Position numbers and translations under genes: made by a program. DNA of 30,744 bases from Octopus sinensis (lineage: Eukaryota): the NCBI RefSeq assembly GCF_006345805.1, contig NW_021832371.1, positions 1 to 30,744 on the forward strand, in the 5' to 3' direction. This document shows positions 1-10,232 of the stretch, in pieces; the stretch's first letter is position 1, and every line of letters starts with the position of its first letter. The notes under the pieces were generated by a model, which did no database searches, was not told the origin of the DNA, and was given only the letters and a program-made list of their open reading frames with translations.

Positions 1-335
1 TAAGTTTTCGTAAATATACCATTTTTCAATCGAGTATATGGAACCTCTTTTGGGCCCGTTAATATAACGTTTGGTCTTAGAAATGATTTTCCATTTGATA
101 CTATTGCTAACGGTCTCGTCTATAAGTTTTTAGATTAATGGTGAGAAGGTTGTTGCATCTCTTTTCTCAGCGTGTCTAGTCTAAACGTTAAAAGATGTTT
201 GGCTTGCTGGATCTGGATATAATGTTCCCCGCCACAGATCTAATATAACGCTTGGTTTTTGTCTGACTGTCGCCATAGTTTGCTGTTACTCGTGATTCCT
301 AATCATTGAGGATATATCTCATACCTGCCCAAGAG
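1..335 (-). mobile_element. Decayed Penelope-like element (PLE), GIY-YIG endonuclease C-terminal region; runs off the window start
   Basis: Minus-strand translation with stops and frameshifts gives ...CPLG...RVTANYGDSQTKTKRYIRSVAGNII...RHAEKRDATTFSPLI*KLIDETVSNSIKWKIISKTKRYINGPKRGSIYSIEKWYI. This follows the PLE pattern CPL..C....Y.A.V....YIG.T...F..R...H..SF.......T.LS.YIW.LK......I.W.I......Y......C.LC..EK..I. Confidence 0.65.
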
Positions 336-402
336 GACACTTATATACATCCATATATATATATTATATATATATATATATAATATATATATATATATAT
401 TA

Positions 403-680
403 AATTAGAGATAAAACCACTATTAGGCAAATCATACAATGAAAAACTTAAGCCAATACATTGATTAAACCTCGCCAAGTTAAACATTTAAACCACCTGA
501 TGAATGACTGTAACTCGAAAATTTAAAGAAATTAAAGCCATGAAACGATCGTAGTGTTATATTATTATATTTTTTTAATAATTTTGTTATATATTTAAAT
601 AATATAAATTAAATAATCTTATGTATTGGCTTAATTTTTTTCATTGTATGATTTGCCTAATAGTGGTTTTATCTCTAATT
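403..680. repeat. ~59-bp inverted repeat (403-461 / 621-680) enclosing a hammerhead motif; PLE pseudo-LTR-type inverted end
   Basis: AATTAGAGATAAAACCACTATTAGGCAAATCATACAATGAAAAACTTAAGCCAATACAT is the near-perfect reverse complement of 621-680. Confidence 0.85.
491..558 (+). ncRNA. Type-I hammerhead ribozyme motif, canonical core, somewhat decayed
   Basis: AACCAC, then CTGATGA (497-503), helix II 504-541 (9 of 12 outer positions pair), GAAA (542-545), palindromic helix III ACGATCGT, GUA triplet (551-553), then GTGTT pairing with AACCAC (helix I). Confidence 0.65.
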
Positions 681-772
681 CAATATAATATAATATTTTA
701 CTATAAAATTGGATTCAATCCTAAATCTGATTTTTCCTTGTAAGTTTGGATTTATTCCCTAATATTTATTAT

Positions 773-806
<34 letters not shown>

Positions 807-1744
807 ACACACATATATATACAGGAACATTTATATATACAGAAACATGTGAAACGATCCTATTAGCATTTATATATATATACACACACATATATATATA
901 TATGTATATACATATATACATTTATATATGTACATATATACATATGTATGTATATATATATACATATGTATGTATATATATAAACGTATATGTGTATGTA
1001 TACACATACACACACATTTCTAATAATGCATAATTCTTTCTTCATCTCAAAAAATAGCAACATTCACCTATTTTTGGTAGTCTGCATCTCCTCATCTCTT
1101 CATCTCCAATTTCTTTTCCTTTCTCGTTTCAAGAGAAATTTCCACATTTCATTTCTTCCACTCGCTTCACTCGGTGGGGTGGAAAGGCGGCGGGAAAGTG
1201 ACCAGTAGAGACTCCTAGTGAGGGGGTATCCTTATTAATATCCAAGGGATCGATAAACCCCTGAATCGATTTTGCTGAATTATCAGCAAGCTTAATCTGG
1301 AAGAGCTTTGTAATTTATGGTTAAAACATACTCATTTCTAACCAAATGTCGATGCAATTACTAGTTTTCACAAAATGCGTTTTTCACATTAAATATTCCA
1401 ATTATATCGATATAATATGATTCAATTTGTATTATTCTTTATCAGTTACGTTAAGTATTTTCATGAAGCTTCTTTAAAAATATTTCTTATTAAAAACCAA
1501 TGACACAGATGGACGAATGAATTATTGCTTTTAATTCAATAATATTTTTTTTAATTATGCTGTTAAAATAAAATTATTTTAAATTCGAAATTTAAATGAT
1601 GAGAGTCGATTAGTTATCAACGATTCCATGAAGGACACAATGATATAAGGATTCTTCTTATATCGGTTCTCACCACGCCACCTACTTTTAGAAGTTACAA
1701 AATTTATCAATTTATTTCATGCCTATATAAGCGTTTTGCTTTCT

Positions 1745-2175
1745 CTCTAGTTTCAGCTCAGAGCTGCGGCCATACTAATGCACCGCCGTTTCGCTACACT
1801 GTTATTACTAAAAGTCTCCTCTAACATGTGGCACTTGGTGAAGAATGGTGTTTGATATAGTTACCCTCATTTGCACCTCTTGCCGTGAGGTAGGTTCATT
1901 TGGGACTCTCAACAGGAAGAGGTCCAGCTTTGATTTTAAAAAAAACCCTACATCTATTTTGTGCAAGTTCCTCAGACTCTTTGGGAGAATATTAAAAAGC
2001 TGTGGGCCCTTGAAAACCAAGCTGTTGCAGTAACTGGTTCTGAAGCGTGATGGCATTGCTGGGATCTTTGGCACTATGCCGTGTCGTTTCGTTCTGGCAT
2101 TGGTGTAGCTTTCAATGCCAAAATTTGGCACAATTCCTTCCAGGATCTTCCAGATGTATATCACTGCATACCTAT
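1745..2175 (-). mobile_element. 5'-truncated CR1/L2-group LINE: ORF2 C-terminus plus 3' UTR
   Basis: RYAVIYIWKILEGIVPN...YCNSLVFKGPQLFNILPKSLRNL...FLKSKLDLFLLRVPNEP matches the post-RT C-terminal region of CR1/L2-group LINEs. It is followed by a short 3' UTR ending at 1745. Confidence 0.8.
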
Positions 2176-2402
2176 TTCTTTATTACCCACAAGGGGCCAA
2201 ACACAGAGGGGACAAACAAGGACAGACATAGGTATTAAGTCGATTACATCGACCCCAGTGCGTAACTGTTACTTAATTTATCGACCCCGAAAGGATGAAA
2301 GGCAAAGTCGACCTCGGCGGAATTTGAACTCACAAAGTAACGGCAGACGAAATACCGCTAAGCATTTCGCCCGGCGTGCTAACGTTTCTGCCAGCTCGCC
2401 GC
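2170..2402 (-). mobile_element. SINE family A (tRNA-like head, central GTCGACTTTGCCTTTCATCCTTTCGGGGTCGATAA domain), full length
   Basis: Near-identical to copies at 5520-5755, 20343-20570 and 27600-27847. B-box-like GAGTTCAAATTCC on the minus strand. Confidence 0.9.
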
Positions 2403-2492
2403 ATACCTTTCTCGTCTTCTCTCCATTTCTAATAAATAATGATACTCTGGTCTTATCACTACCTAATTTCCCTTTGTTTATATTGTTAATGA

Positions 2493-2810
2493 GTGGAGGC
2501 GCGATGGCCCAGTGCTTAGGGCAGCGGACTCGCGGTCGGAGGATCGTGATTTCGATTCCCAGACCGGGAGTAGTTTTGTGAGTTTATTGAGAAAAAACAC
2601 CTAAAAGCTCCACGAGGTTCCGACAGGGGGGCGACCCCAGTTGTACTCTTTCGCCCTAACTTTCTCTCATTCTTTCTTCCTGTTTCTTGAGTAACGCTGC
2701 GATGGACTGGCGTCCCGTCCAGCTGGGGGGAACGCATATGCTATAGAAACTGGGAAACCGGGCCCATGAGCCTGGCTAGGCTTGAAAAGGGCGAGGCGTA
2801 AAGAAAAAAG
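2493..2810 (+). mobile_element. SINE family C (tRNA-derived) with 12-bp TSD
   Basis: A-box-like TGGCCCAGTGC and B-box-like GATTTCGATTCCC, A-rich tail, flanked by TATTGTTAATGA at 2481-2492 and 2811-2822. Confidence 0.85.
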
Positions 2811-3071
2811 TATTGTTAATGAACTAACACGCGAACTTGCTAGAGGAAGTGATTTGTTTCTGGCTGATTCGAAAATGGCGAATAGAGAAGCATCTAGAAA
2901 AAAAAGCTTACAACTCATAGATCTAGACATGTAGTTTGTCAAGTGTGACTCTCAGAATATCCGTAGAGCGAAATGTCGCCTTTCAGTAAGCAAATTAGCC
3001 TCTCATTGCTGTAGCATATGTTGTGTAGTACATCTGAAACAACCCAAAGCATAGAAATAAATAACATGATA

Positions 3072-3300
3072 GGCGTAGGAGTGGCTGTGTGGTAAGTAGC
3101 TTGCTTACGAACCACATGGTTCCGGGTTCAGTCTCACTGCGTGGCACCTTGGTCAAGTGTCTTCTACTATAGCCCCAGGCCAACCAAAGCCTTGTAAGTG
3201 GATTTGGTAGACGGAAACTGAAAGGCGCCCGTCGTATATATGTATATATATATATATATGTATGTGTGTATATGTTTATGTCTCTGTGTATCTACAGACA
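3072..3300 (+). mobile_element. SINE family B (tRNA head, CCTTGG(G)CAAG core-like motif), 5' part
   Basis: GGCGTAGGAGTGGCTGTGTGG...GGTTCAGTC...; homologous to 13816-14208. Confidence 0.9.
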
Positions 3301-3320
3301 CATATATCCAACAGTCGTCA

Positions 3321-3471
3321 TTCAGTTTCCGTGTACCAAATCCACTCAGAAGGCTTTAGACGACCCGAGGTTATAGCTGAGGACGCTCACCCAACATGCC
3401 ACGCAGTGGGTGTGAACCCGGAACCATATGGTTGGGAAGCCAACTTCTTACCACACAGCCACGCCTGCGCC
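3321..3471 (-). mobile_element. SINE family B, 5' part, inverted relative to the copy at 3072
   Basis: Reverse complement aligns to 3072-3222. Confidence 0.85.
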
Positions 3472-3627
3472 TATTCTAATACATACAACACTCTTTCATT
3501 CACAACACTTTTTTCTAATTAGACCCAATTCTTGGTTTATCTTCAATCTGACCGTTTTCTTAAGAGAAAATATCGGTTAAACAGAAAAACTCCTCTTTCT
3601 TTTAATAGTCCACATCTCTTCTGGTAT

Positions 3628-3720
3628 TTTTTACTTTTCTTAGTCATTCGACTGCGGCCGAGCTGGAGTACCGATGTGAATGGTTTAATCAAAGCGTTAA
3701 ACGTCACCACTTACTATTTA
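3628..3720 (-). mobile_element. Decayed SINE/LINE 3' tail fragment
   Basis: Minus strand CGGTACTCCAGCTCGGCCGCAGTCGAATGACTAAG resembles the family B tail CGGTGCTCCAGCATGGCCGCAGTCAAATGACTGAA. Confidence 0.6.
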
Positions 3721-3744
3721 AAGTTCGATATTTATTCTATCCTA

Positions 3745-4994
3745 TTTACCAAACTGCTAGGCATTTGAACATATCTGGAGTTACTTCGTCCAGCTTAAAC
3801 TTTTCGTATTCCCTGTTTACTCTACCAGCATATATGATGTAGTCCTTGTTACTATTTTTCTCTATGTTCAGACACTTACAACGAGTGTTGAACAATGAGC
3901 TTTTTACACTGAAAATCTTACACAATATATCTATTGTGTCATTAAACTTTACGTCAAACGATTATTCTTGGGAGTACATAATTACTGTATCGTTCATGTT
4001 CTGTTGACGCCAGTTTTCTCAAGATTAAGCCCGTTTTCATCTCGTCGTCCCAATCTTTAGATTTACTCATATCTTCTGTAGTATACTTAGAAAGTATTTA
4101 AATTCAGTTACTGAATACGCAACATAGTCTGGCAAAAACACTTTTCTGGCTTTCCTGATGCCTTCAGTAATTGCAGCATTTGTTGCTATAATATTAATTG
4201 TTGTTGTTGCTTCTTTTGTTGTTTCTGCTGTTGTCGTTCTTTCAACTTTTGCTGTTATTGTTTTTGCAGCTCAAGTAAACCGGCCAACAATTCTTCCATA
4301 ATTTTAAGATTTTTCTTAAAATTTACTCAACAAAAGCTTTATGAGTTTGTTAGCTCCTCTACAAGTTTCTTATTTCTTTACTGCCCACAAGGAGCTACAC
4401 ACAGAGGGGACAAAAAAAGGACAGACAAATGGATTAAGTCGCTTATATCGACTCCAGTGCGTAACTGGTACTTACTTAATCGACCCCGAAAGGATGAAAG
4501 GCAAAGTCAACCTCGGCAGAATTTGAACTCAGAACGTAGCGGCAGACGAAATACCTATTTCTTTACTACCCACAAGGAGCCAAACATAGAGTGGACAAAC
4601 CAGAACAGACAAAGGAATTAAGTCGATTACATCGACCCCAGTGCGTAACTGGTACTTAATTTATCGACCCCGAAAGAATGAAAGGCAAAGTCGACCTCGG
4701 CGGAATTTGAACTCACAAAGTAACGGCAGACGAAATACCGCTATGCATTTCGCCCGGCGTGCTAACGTTTCTGCCAGCTCCTCTACAAGTTTCTATTTAC
4801 CCAACGTGAATTTGTTTATTCTCTTCGCCACTGTCATGTCTGTCTTTGTACGACGGTTGTCGCTCTGACAGATATTGTCATATACCGAAGTCGTCGATAG
4901 AATGTTTCTATCTGACACTGTACAACCCCCAGTCGTACAGTGTTATTATCCTCAAAGGGTTGAGGCGTTATAACGTCCACTCAGTATCACAACA
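3745..4994 (-). mobile_element. Ty3/Gypsy LTR retrotransposon remnant: 5' LTR (4994-4832), PBS (4830-4821), decayed gag (4299-3745); interrupted by a SINE dimer
   Basis: The LTR candidate reads TGTTGTGA...TGACA, followed after 1 nt by TGGCGAAGAG (TGG-initiated PBS). Gag translation MEELLAGLLELQKQ*...DWDDEMKTGLILRKLASTEHERYSNYVLPR...TIDILCKIFSVKSSLFNTRCKCLNIEK...YAGRVNREYEKFKLDEVTPDMFKCL matches the gag of K02A2.6-like Gypsy elements (LLRKL...EHERY.NYILP...SLFN.RY.CL......F..YAGRVN..CE.F). Confidence 0.8.
4371..4780 (-). mobile_element. SINE family A tandem dimer with one TSD
   Basis: Two head-to-tail units joined at 4541-4560. CTCTACAAGTTTCT flanks the whole dimer (4357-4370 and 4781-4794). 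Confidence 0.9.
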
Positions 4995-5019
4995 TGAATA
5001 CTATATCAGCACAGACACG

Positions 5020-5230
5020 ACTGTGTATGTGTGTTCTCCCACCATTGCTTGACAAGATGTTGGCGTGCTTACGTATCCCTGTAATTTAGCGCTTCGGCAA
5101 AAGATCCCGATAGAATAAGTACTAGAGTTACAATGCATAAGACCTGGGGTCGATTTATTCGACTAAAAGGCGGTGCTCCAGCATGGTCGCAGTCAAGTAA
5201 CTGAAACAAGTAAAAGACTAAAAGAATAGA
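5020..5230 (+). mobile_element. SINE family B, 3' half
   Basis: Homologous to 14010-14208 (…GATAGAATAAGTACTAG…GGCGGTGCTCCAGCATGG…CTGAAACAAG). Confidence 0.85.
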
Positions 5231-5257
5231 AGAAGAATATATATATAGTTCAAAGTT

Positions 5258-5500
5258 ACAGACAACGAAATCCGGAGACAGGTGTAGAAACAACAAGCAG
5301 GTGTATTAGTTTAAAGCTCGGGAAAAATGGAAAAGTCTTTCACGTTTCGAGTCTACCAAATCCACTTACAGGTCTTTGATCAGCCTGTGGCTATAATAGA
5401 AAACACTTTCCCAAGGAGGTACCCTGCAGCCTAACTGAACGCAGGAACATGTGGTCGGGAAGCTGACTTCTTAACGCACATTCACAACTTGCCACACGTC
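5258..5500 (-). mobile_element. Chimera: truncated hammerhead-carrying repeat (5258-5356) fused to a SINE B head (5350-5500)
   Basis: 5258-5356 aligns to about 8160-8262. From GTCTACCAAATCC onward the sequence matches SINE B. Confidence 0.7.
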
Positions 5501-5519
5501 ATTTATACATATAAATACA

Positions 5520-5755
5520 TATTTCTTTATTACCCACAAGGGCTAAACATAGAGGGGACAAACAAGGACAGACAATAGGTATTATGTCGATTACATCGAC
5601 CCCAGTGCGTAACTGTACTACTTAATTATCGACCCCGAAAGGATGAAAGGCAAAGTCGACCTCGGCGGAATTTGACCTCAGAACGTAACGGCAGACGAAG
5701 TACCGCAAAAGCATTTCGCCCGGTGTGCTAACGCTTCTGCTAGCTCGCCGCCTTA
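5520..5755 (-). mobile_element. SINE family A, full length, 15-bp TSD
   Basis: ATACATATAAATACA at 5505-5519 and 5759-5773. Confidence 0.9.
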
Positions 5756-6373
5756 TAAATACATATAAATACAGCCGGATTCTTTCCAATTATATTTCTT
5801 CTATTCGTCTCTCAAACAATTTTCAAACTTTCAGACATTAACAGTCTATTTTATCCATATAGAAGTCACTAAGATTCAATAGTAATTCACTAACCTTTCG
5901 ACTACCTCGTTTCACTTACAATATTTGAATTTTGCCCAGGGATTTAAATAATCATTTTCTTATATTCAATATTAATCACGCTCTGCACAACGGTTTTTCA
6001 TTCACTTTAGCCCTTGAGATTTCCTTATGCACCGAGTTTTACATTAGTGGGTGTCTTCAAAGATAACTACTATATATATCCAATTATCTCCGTTTACCTA
6101 ATAAATAATTATCTGTACGAGGTCATATCTGATAGTCATGTCTCTTATTCATAACATTATATATATATATATATGCATACATAGACACAGACACACACAC
6201 ACATATATATATATTGTACATTTACTTCTCCCATACTTAATTATACAGTAAATTACTTGCTGTCATTTTTGTGCCAGTATAATATGATATTACCAAAGCT
6301 AGGTTTTCTATTTACGTATGCCTATGTTTGAGTGTCTCTCTAATAATATATGCGTAGATTACACACATGCATG

Positions 6374-6858
<485 letters not shown>

Positions 6859-7026
6859 GATCCTGAAACCAACTGGTCTACTGGTTCAGTCGCCGCTAGA
6901 TGGAAATTGTTCGATCCCTTTTTGAAATATATCGGATATAGATATTGTGCTGTTAACCAGTTGGCGGAGGTGTTCTATGCAGAACAACCACGTTAAGGTG
7001 GTGACAACCATTGCTTGCTTTACATA

Positions 7027-7074
<48 letters not shown>

Positions 7075-7297
7075 ATATATATATATAATATATATATATT
7101 TATATATAAACATATACATAAAGAGAGAGAGAGGGAGAGATCCATATATGTATATATATATATAACACAAGCAAAGAGACGAGTAGATTAACCGCTTGAT
7201 AGAGAAGTAGGCAGACGTACCTTTATGTCTATAGATGTATATACCTATATGGATGCATATTTATATACATGCACAAATCTATATATAAATAGAAACA

Positions 7298-7490
7298 TAC
7301 GAGGTGCCTTGAAAAACTATCTGACTTTATTTTATACCTCAAAACTAATGCGGCAATGGCAAAATTTTTTGAGTTAGAGGTGACACTACCTTCTGTACAC
7401 ATGCGTGAAAATTTTCGCGCAGGTAGGCCACATCAGTTCCTGGCTGTTATACTTAGTGTATTGACGTGTAGTGCTCGCTAGGGTATGAAA
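7298..7490 (+). mobile_element. Probable mariner/Tc1-type left end (TIR plus subterminal sequence); no partner TIR seen
   Basis: TA followed by CGAGGTGCCTTGAAAAACTATCTGAC resembles mariner TIRs (TA-CGAGG..TG.TCAAAAAGT). Confidence 0.45.
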
Positions 7491-8142
7491 TTAAACCGGT
7501 GAAAATAGAGAGATAGAATGATTTCAGATTTCCTATGACATTCAGAAACTGATAGGAAATGGGAAACAATGCTTAGGTGCATGTATAGACAGTACGTGGA
7601 CGGTAGTGGGGTGGAAACTTGGTCGAATGAGAGGAAAGGAAAAGAGTAATAAAAGGAGAAAGGGGGGCAGTGAAACCCTTCTGTCTCACTTTTATCTCCT
7701 TCCCTAACATCTAAAACATGAAGAAGTTCTCTGTCCGAAACGTAAGAAATACACTGCTCACGACATTATTATTTCATTCTCTCTTTTACTTTCTCAGTAA
7801 TGATAGCCTTTGCTGACAGACCAATACCAGTCTCTCGGATTGTGTTTTATCTAAGTATGAATTTATGCATATATATATATATATACATATATATACACAC
7901 ACATATACATATATACATATATGCACATATATATACATATACATATATATATACATATATACATACACATATACATATATACATATATTCACATACACAT
8001 ATACATATATGCACATACACATATACATATATACACATATACATATATACATATATACATACACATATACATATATATATACACACATATATACACATAT
8101 ATATACATACGTGCATACATATGTGTATATATATATATATAT

Positions 8143-8350
8143 AACGGGAAGCTTTATGAAAATAGACAAAAGACGAAGGCAGGTGGGAAACAAACAAACA
8201 ATTGTATTAGTATGGCGCTCAGGAAATATAAATAAAACAAGTCTTTAACGTTTCGAGCCTACGCTCTTCAACAGAAAGATACACAGAGAAAAAAAAACAC
8301 AGAAAGAAGGAGAGAAAAAAAATGCGTGCAGTAACTAACGAATCAACATG
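8143..8350 (-). mobile_element. Short hammerhead-carrying repeat (probable non-autonomous PLE pLTR derivative) embedded in a TA array
   Basis: Second copy at 5258-5356. Contains the hammerhead fold at 8242-8279. Confidence 0.55.
8242..8279 (-). ncRNA. Minimal type-I hammerhead-like motif with A6U core (CUGUUGA)
   Basis: Minus strand: TCTTT-CTGTTGA-A-GAGC(GTAG)GCTC-GAAACGTT-AAAGA. Helix I is 5 bp, helix II is 4 bp, helix III is the ACGT palindrome, and the triplet is GUU. Confidence 0.6.
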
Positions 8351-8371
8351 GCGATATATATATATATATCT

Positions 8372-8426
<55 letters not shown>

Positions 8427-9107
8427 GTGTATCTGTACGTATGAATGTATATGTATATGTACATATATATATACCATATATATACACATATATTCATATT
8501 TCCACATAAGCAGACACACAAAGTCATATATATATTCTTCGGGTAGAACGTCGTTTTAAGTGCTATGCCTATCGCTGTGTTGTTTATATTATTTCTAAGT
8601 ATTATTTTATCGATTTTTACTGCTGTACATTAGATATTCTTGTCAACTGCCATGACAAGTTTGAACTGTATTTCGACATAGATTTCCATCAGCTTTCTTG
8701 TAATGTCTTGTAATGTCCGTACCATGAGAGTTGCTTCATAATTTCAATCCTTCGTTTATGGGTGTGTGAGAGCTAAGCGCTAAACATAGAGTTCTGATTT
8801 GGTTTGGGTGGGTGGGTTGGTGGGTGGGTAGAATATACTGAATTCCAAAACAAAAGTGTTTCTGAAAGCGTTTCCGTATTCTAACGCAAGGAACGCAAAA
8901 CAAAGACAGTGACAAGAGGCAACAACTCACCAATTATGTAGAGAAGCAAGAAATGGGTTGTCATTCTTTTGTGAATAATTGAAGGTAAGTGATGGATTGA
9001 GAAAGACAAATATATATACAGTAGTAACAAAGTCAGGTAATAGGAAGAACAGCAAAAATGGTCACATACATTGCTTTGATGCAGAATATTCCAGCCATGG
9101 CCCCACT

Positions 9108-9108
9108 G

Positions 9109-9184
<76 letters not shown>

Positions 9185-9293
9185 CTTCCTCATCATCATG
9201 CTTATTATTGTCATCTGCATCATCATCATCATCATTATTATTATCATTATTATTATTATTATTATTATCACTATTATTATCATCATCATCATA

Positions 9294-9335
<42 letters not shown>

Positions 9336-9336
9336 T

Positions 9337-9388
<52 letters not shown>

Positions 9389-9507
9389 CTTCCTCATCAT
9401 CATGCTTATTATTGTCATCTGCATCATCATCATCATCATCATTATTATTATCATTATTATTATTATTATTATTATCACTATTATTATCATCATCATCATA
9501 ATTATTA

Positions 9508-9544
<37 letters not shown>

Positions 9545-9545
9545 T

Positions 9546-9594
<49 letters not shown>

Positions 9595-9659
9595 CTTCCT
9601 CATCATCATGCTTATTATTGTCATCTGCATCATCATCATCATCATCATTATTATTATCA

Positions 9660-9704
<45 letters not shown>

Positions 9705-9791
9705 GTATCATCATCATCATCATCATCATCATCATTATCATCATCACTATTATTATCATCATCATCATAATTATTATTATTATTATTATTA

Positions 9792-9857
<66 letters not shown>

Positions 9858-9875
9858 TATTATTATTTATTATTT
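9108..9875. repeat. (ATT)n/(ATC)n compound microsatellite with a ~205-bp higher-order unit x3
   Basis: Marker TCTTCCTCATCATCATGCTTATTATTGTCATCTGC at 9184, 9388 and 9594. Confidence 0.95.
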
Positions 9876-10065
9876 GATTAAAACTCTCTGTTTACTTTGC
9901 TAGGTATGATGGAAAGTGTCAGTTGTCCACCGCCAGAAGGCTAAGGTGACACTTATTTAATAATCATGCTTCAAGAACCCACCAGAGAACTCTTGCAATT
10001 TCAAACAATAATGATGATTTTTGTAGGAGTACTATCTTTACATTTGTACCAATCGTTCTGGACAA

Positions 10066-10232
10066 GATGGCAAAATCGTTAGCACGCCGGGAAAATTGCT
10101 TAGCAGCATTTCGACCGTCTTCTCGTTCTCAGTTCAAATTCTGCAGAGATCGACTTTGCCTGTCATCCTCTTTCGGGGTCGATCTAATCGACTAGTTCCT
10201 TCCCCCAAAATTTCAGGTCTTAGTAGAAAGGA
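10066..10232 (+). mobile_element. SINE A-related copy with alternative tail
   Basis: GGCAAAATCGTTAGCACGCCGGG…AGTTCAAATTC…CGACTTTGCC…CGGGGTCGAT. Confidence 0.75.

Larger units (their letters stand above)
340..1010. repeat. (TA)n / (TATG)n / (CA)n microsatellites at 340-400 and 773-1010
   Basis: Direct inspection. Confidence 0.95.
7868..8500. repeat. (TA)n/(TACA)n compound microsatellites at 7868-8142 and 8353-8500
   Basis: Direct inspection. Confidence 0.95.

Noticed and set aside
1180-1300. GGCGGGAAA (E2F-like) site and small hairpins such as TTGCTGA/TCAGCAA
   Set aside because: Isolated short motifs with no supporting promoter or RNA-family context.
6860-6900. Hairpin followed by CTAG as a possible Helitron 3' end
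   Set aside because: CTAG is followed by A rather than T, and no matching 5' TC end was identified.
7718-7750. ATGAAGA…CCGAAACGTA hammerhead-like remnant
   Set aside because: C3 is mutated and helices I and II do not pair; at best a dead relic.
8932-8990. Minus-strand MTTHFLLLYII|GTGAGT signal-peptide-like exon and plus-strand AG|GTAAGT donor
   Set aside because: No downstream partner exons were found, and the plus-strand segment has stops in all frames.
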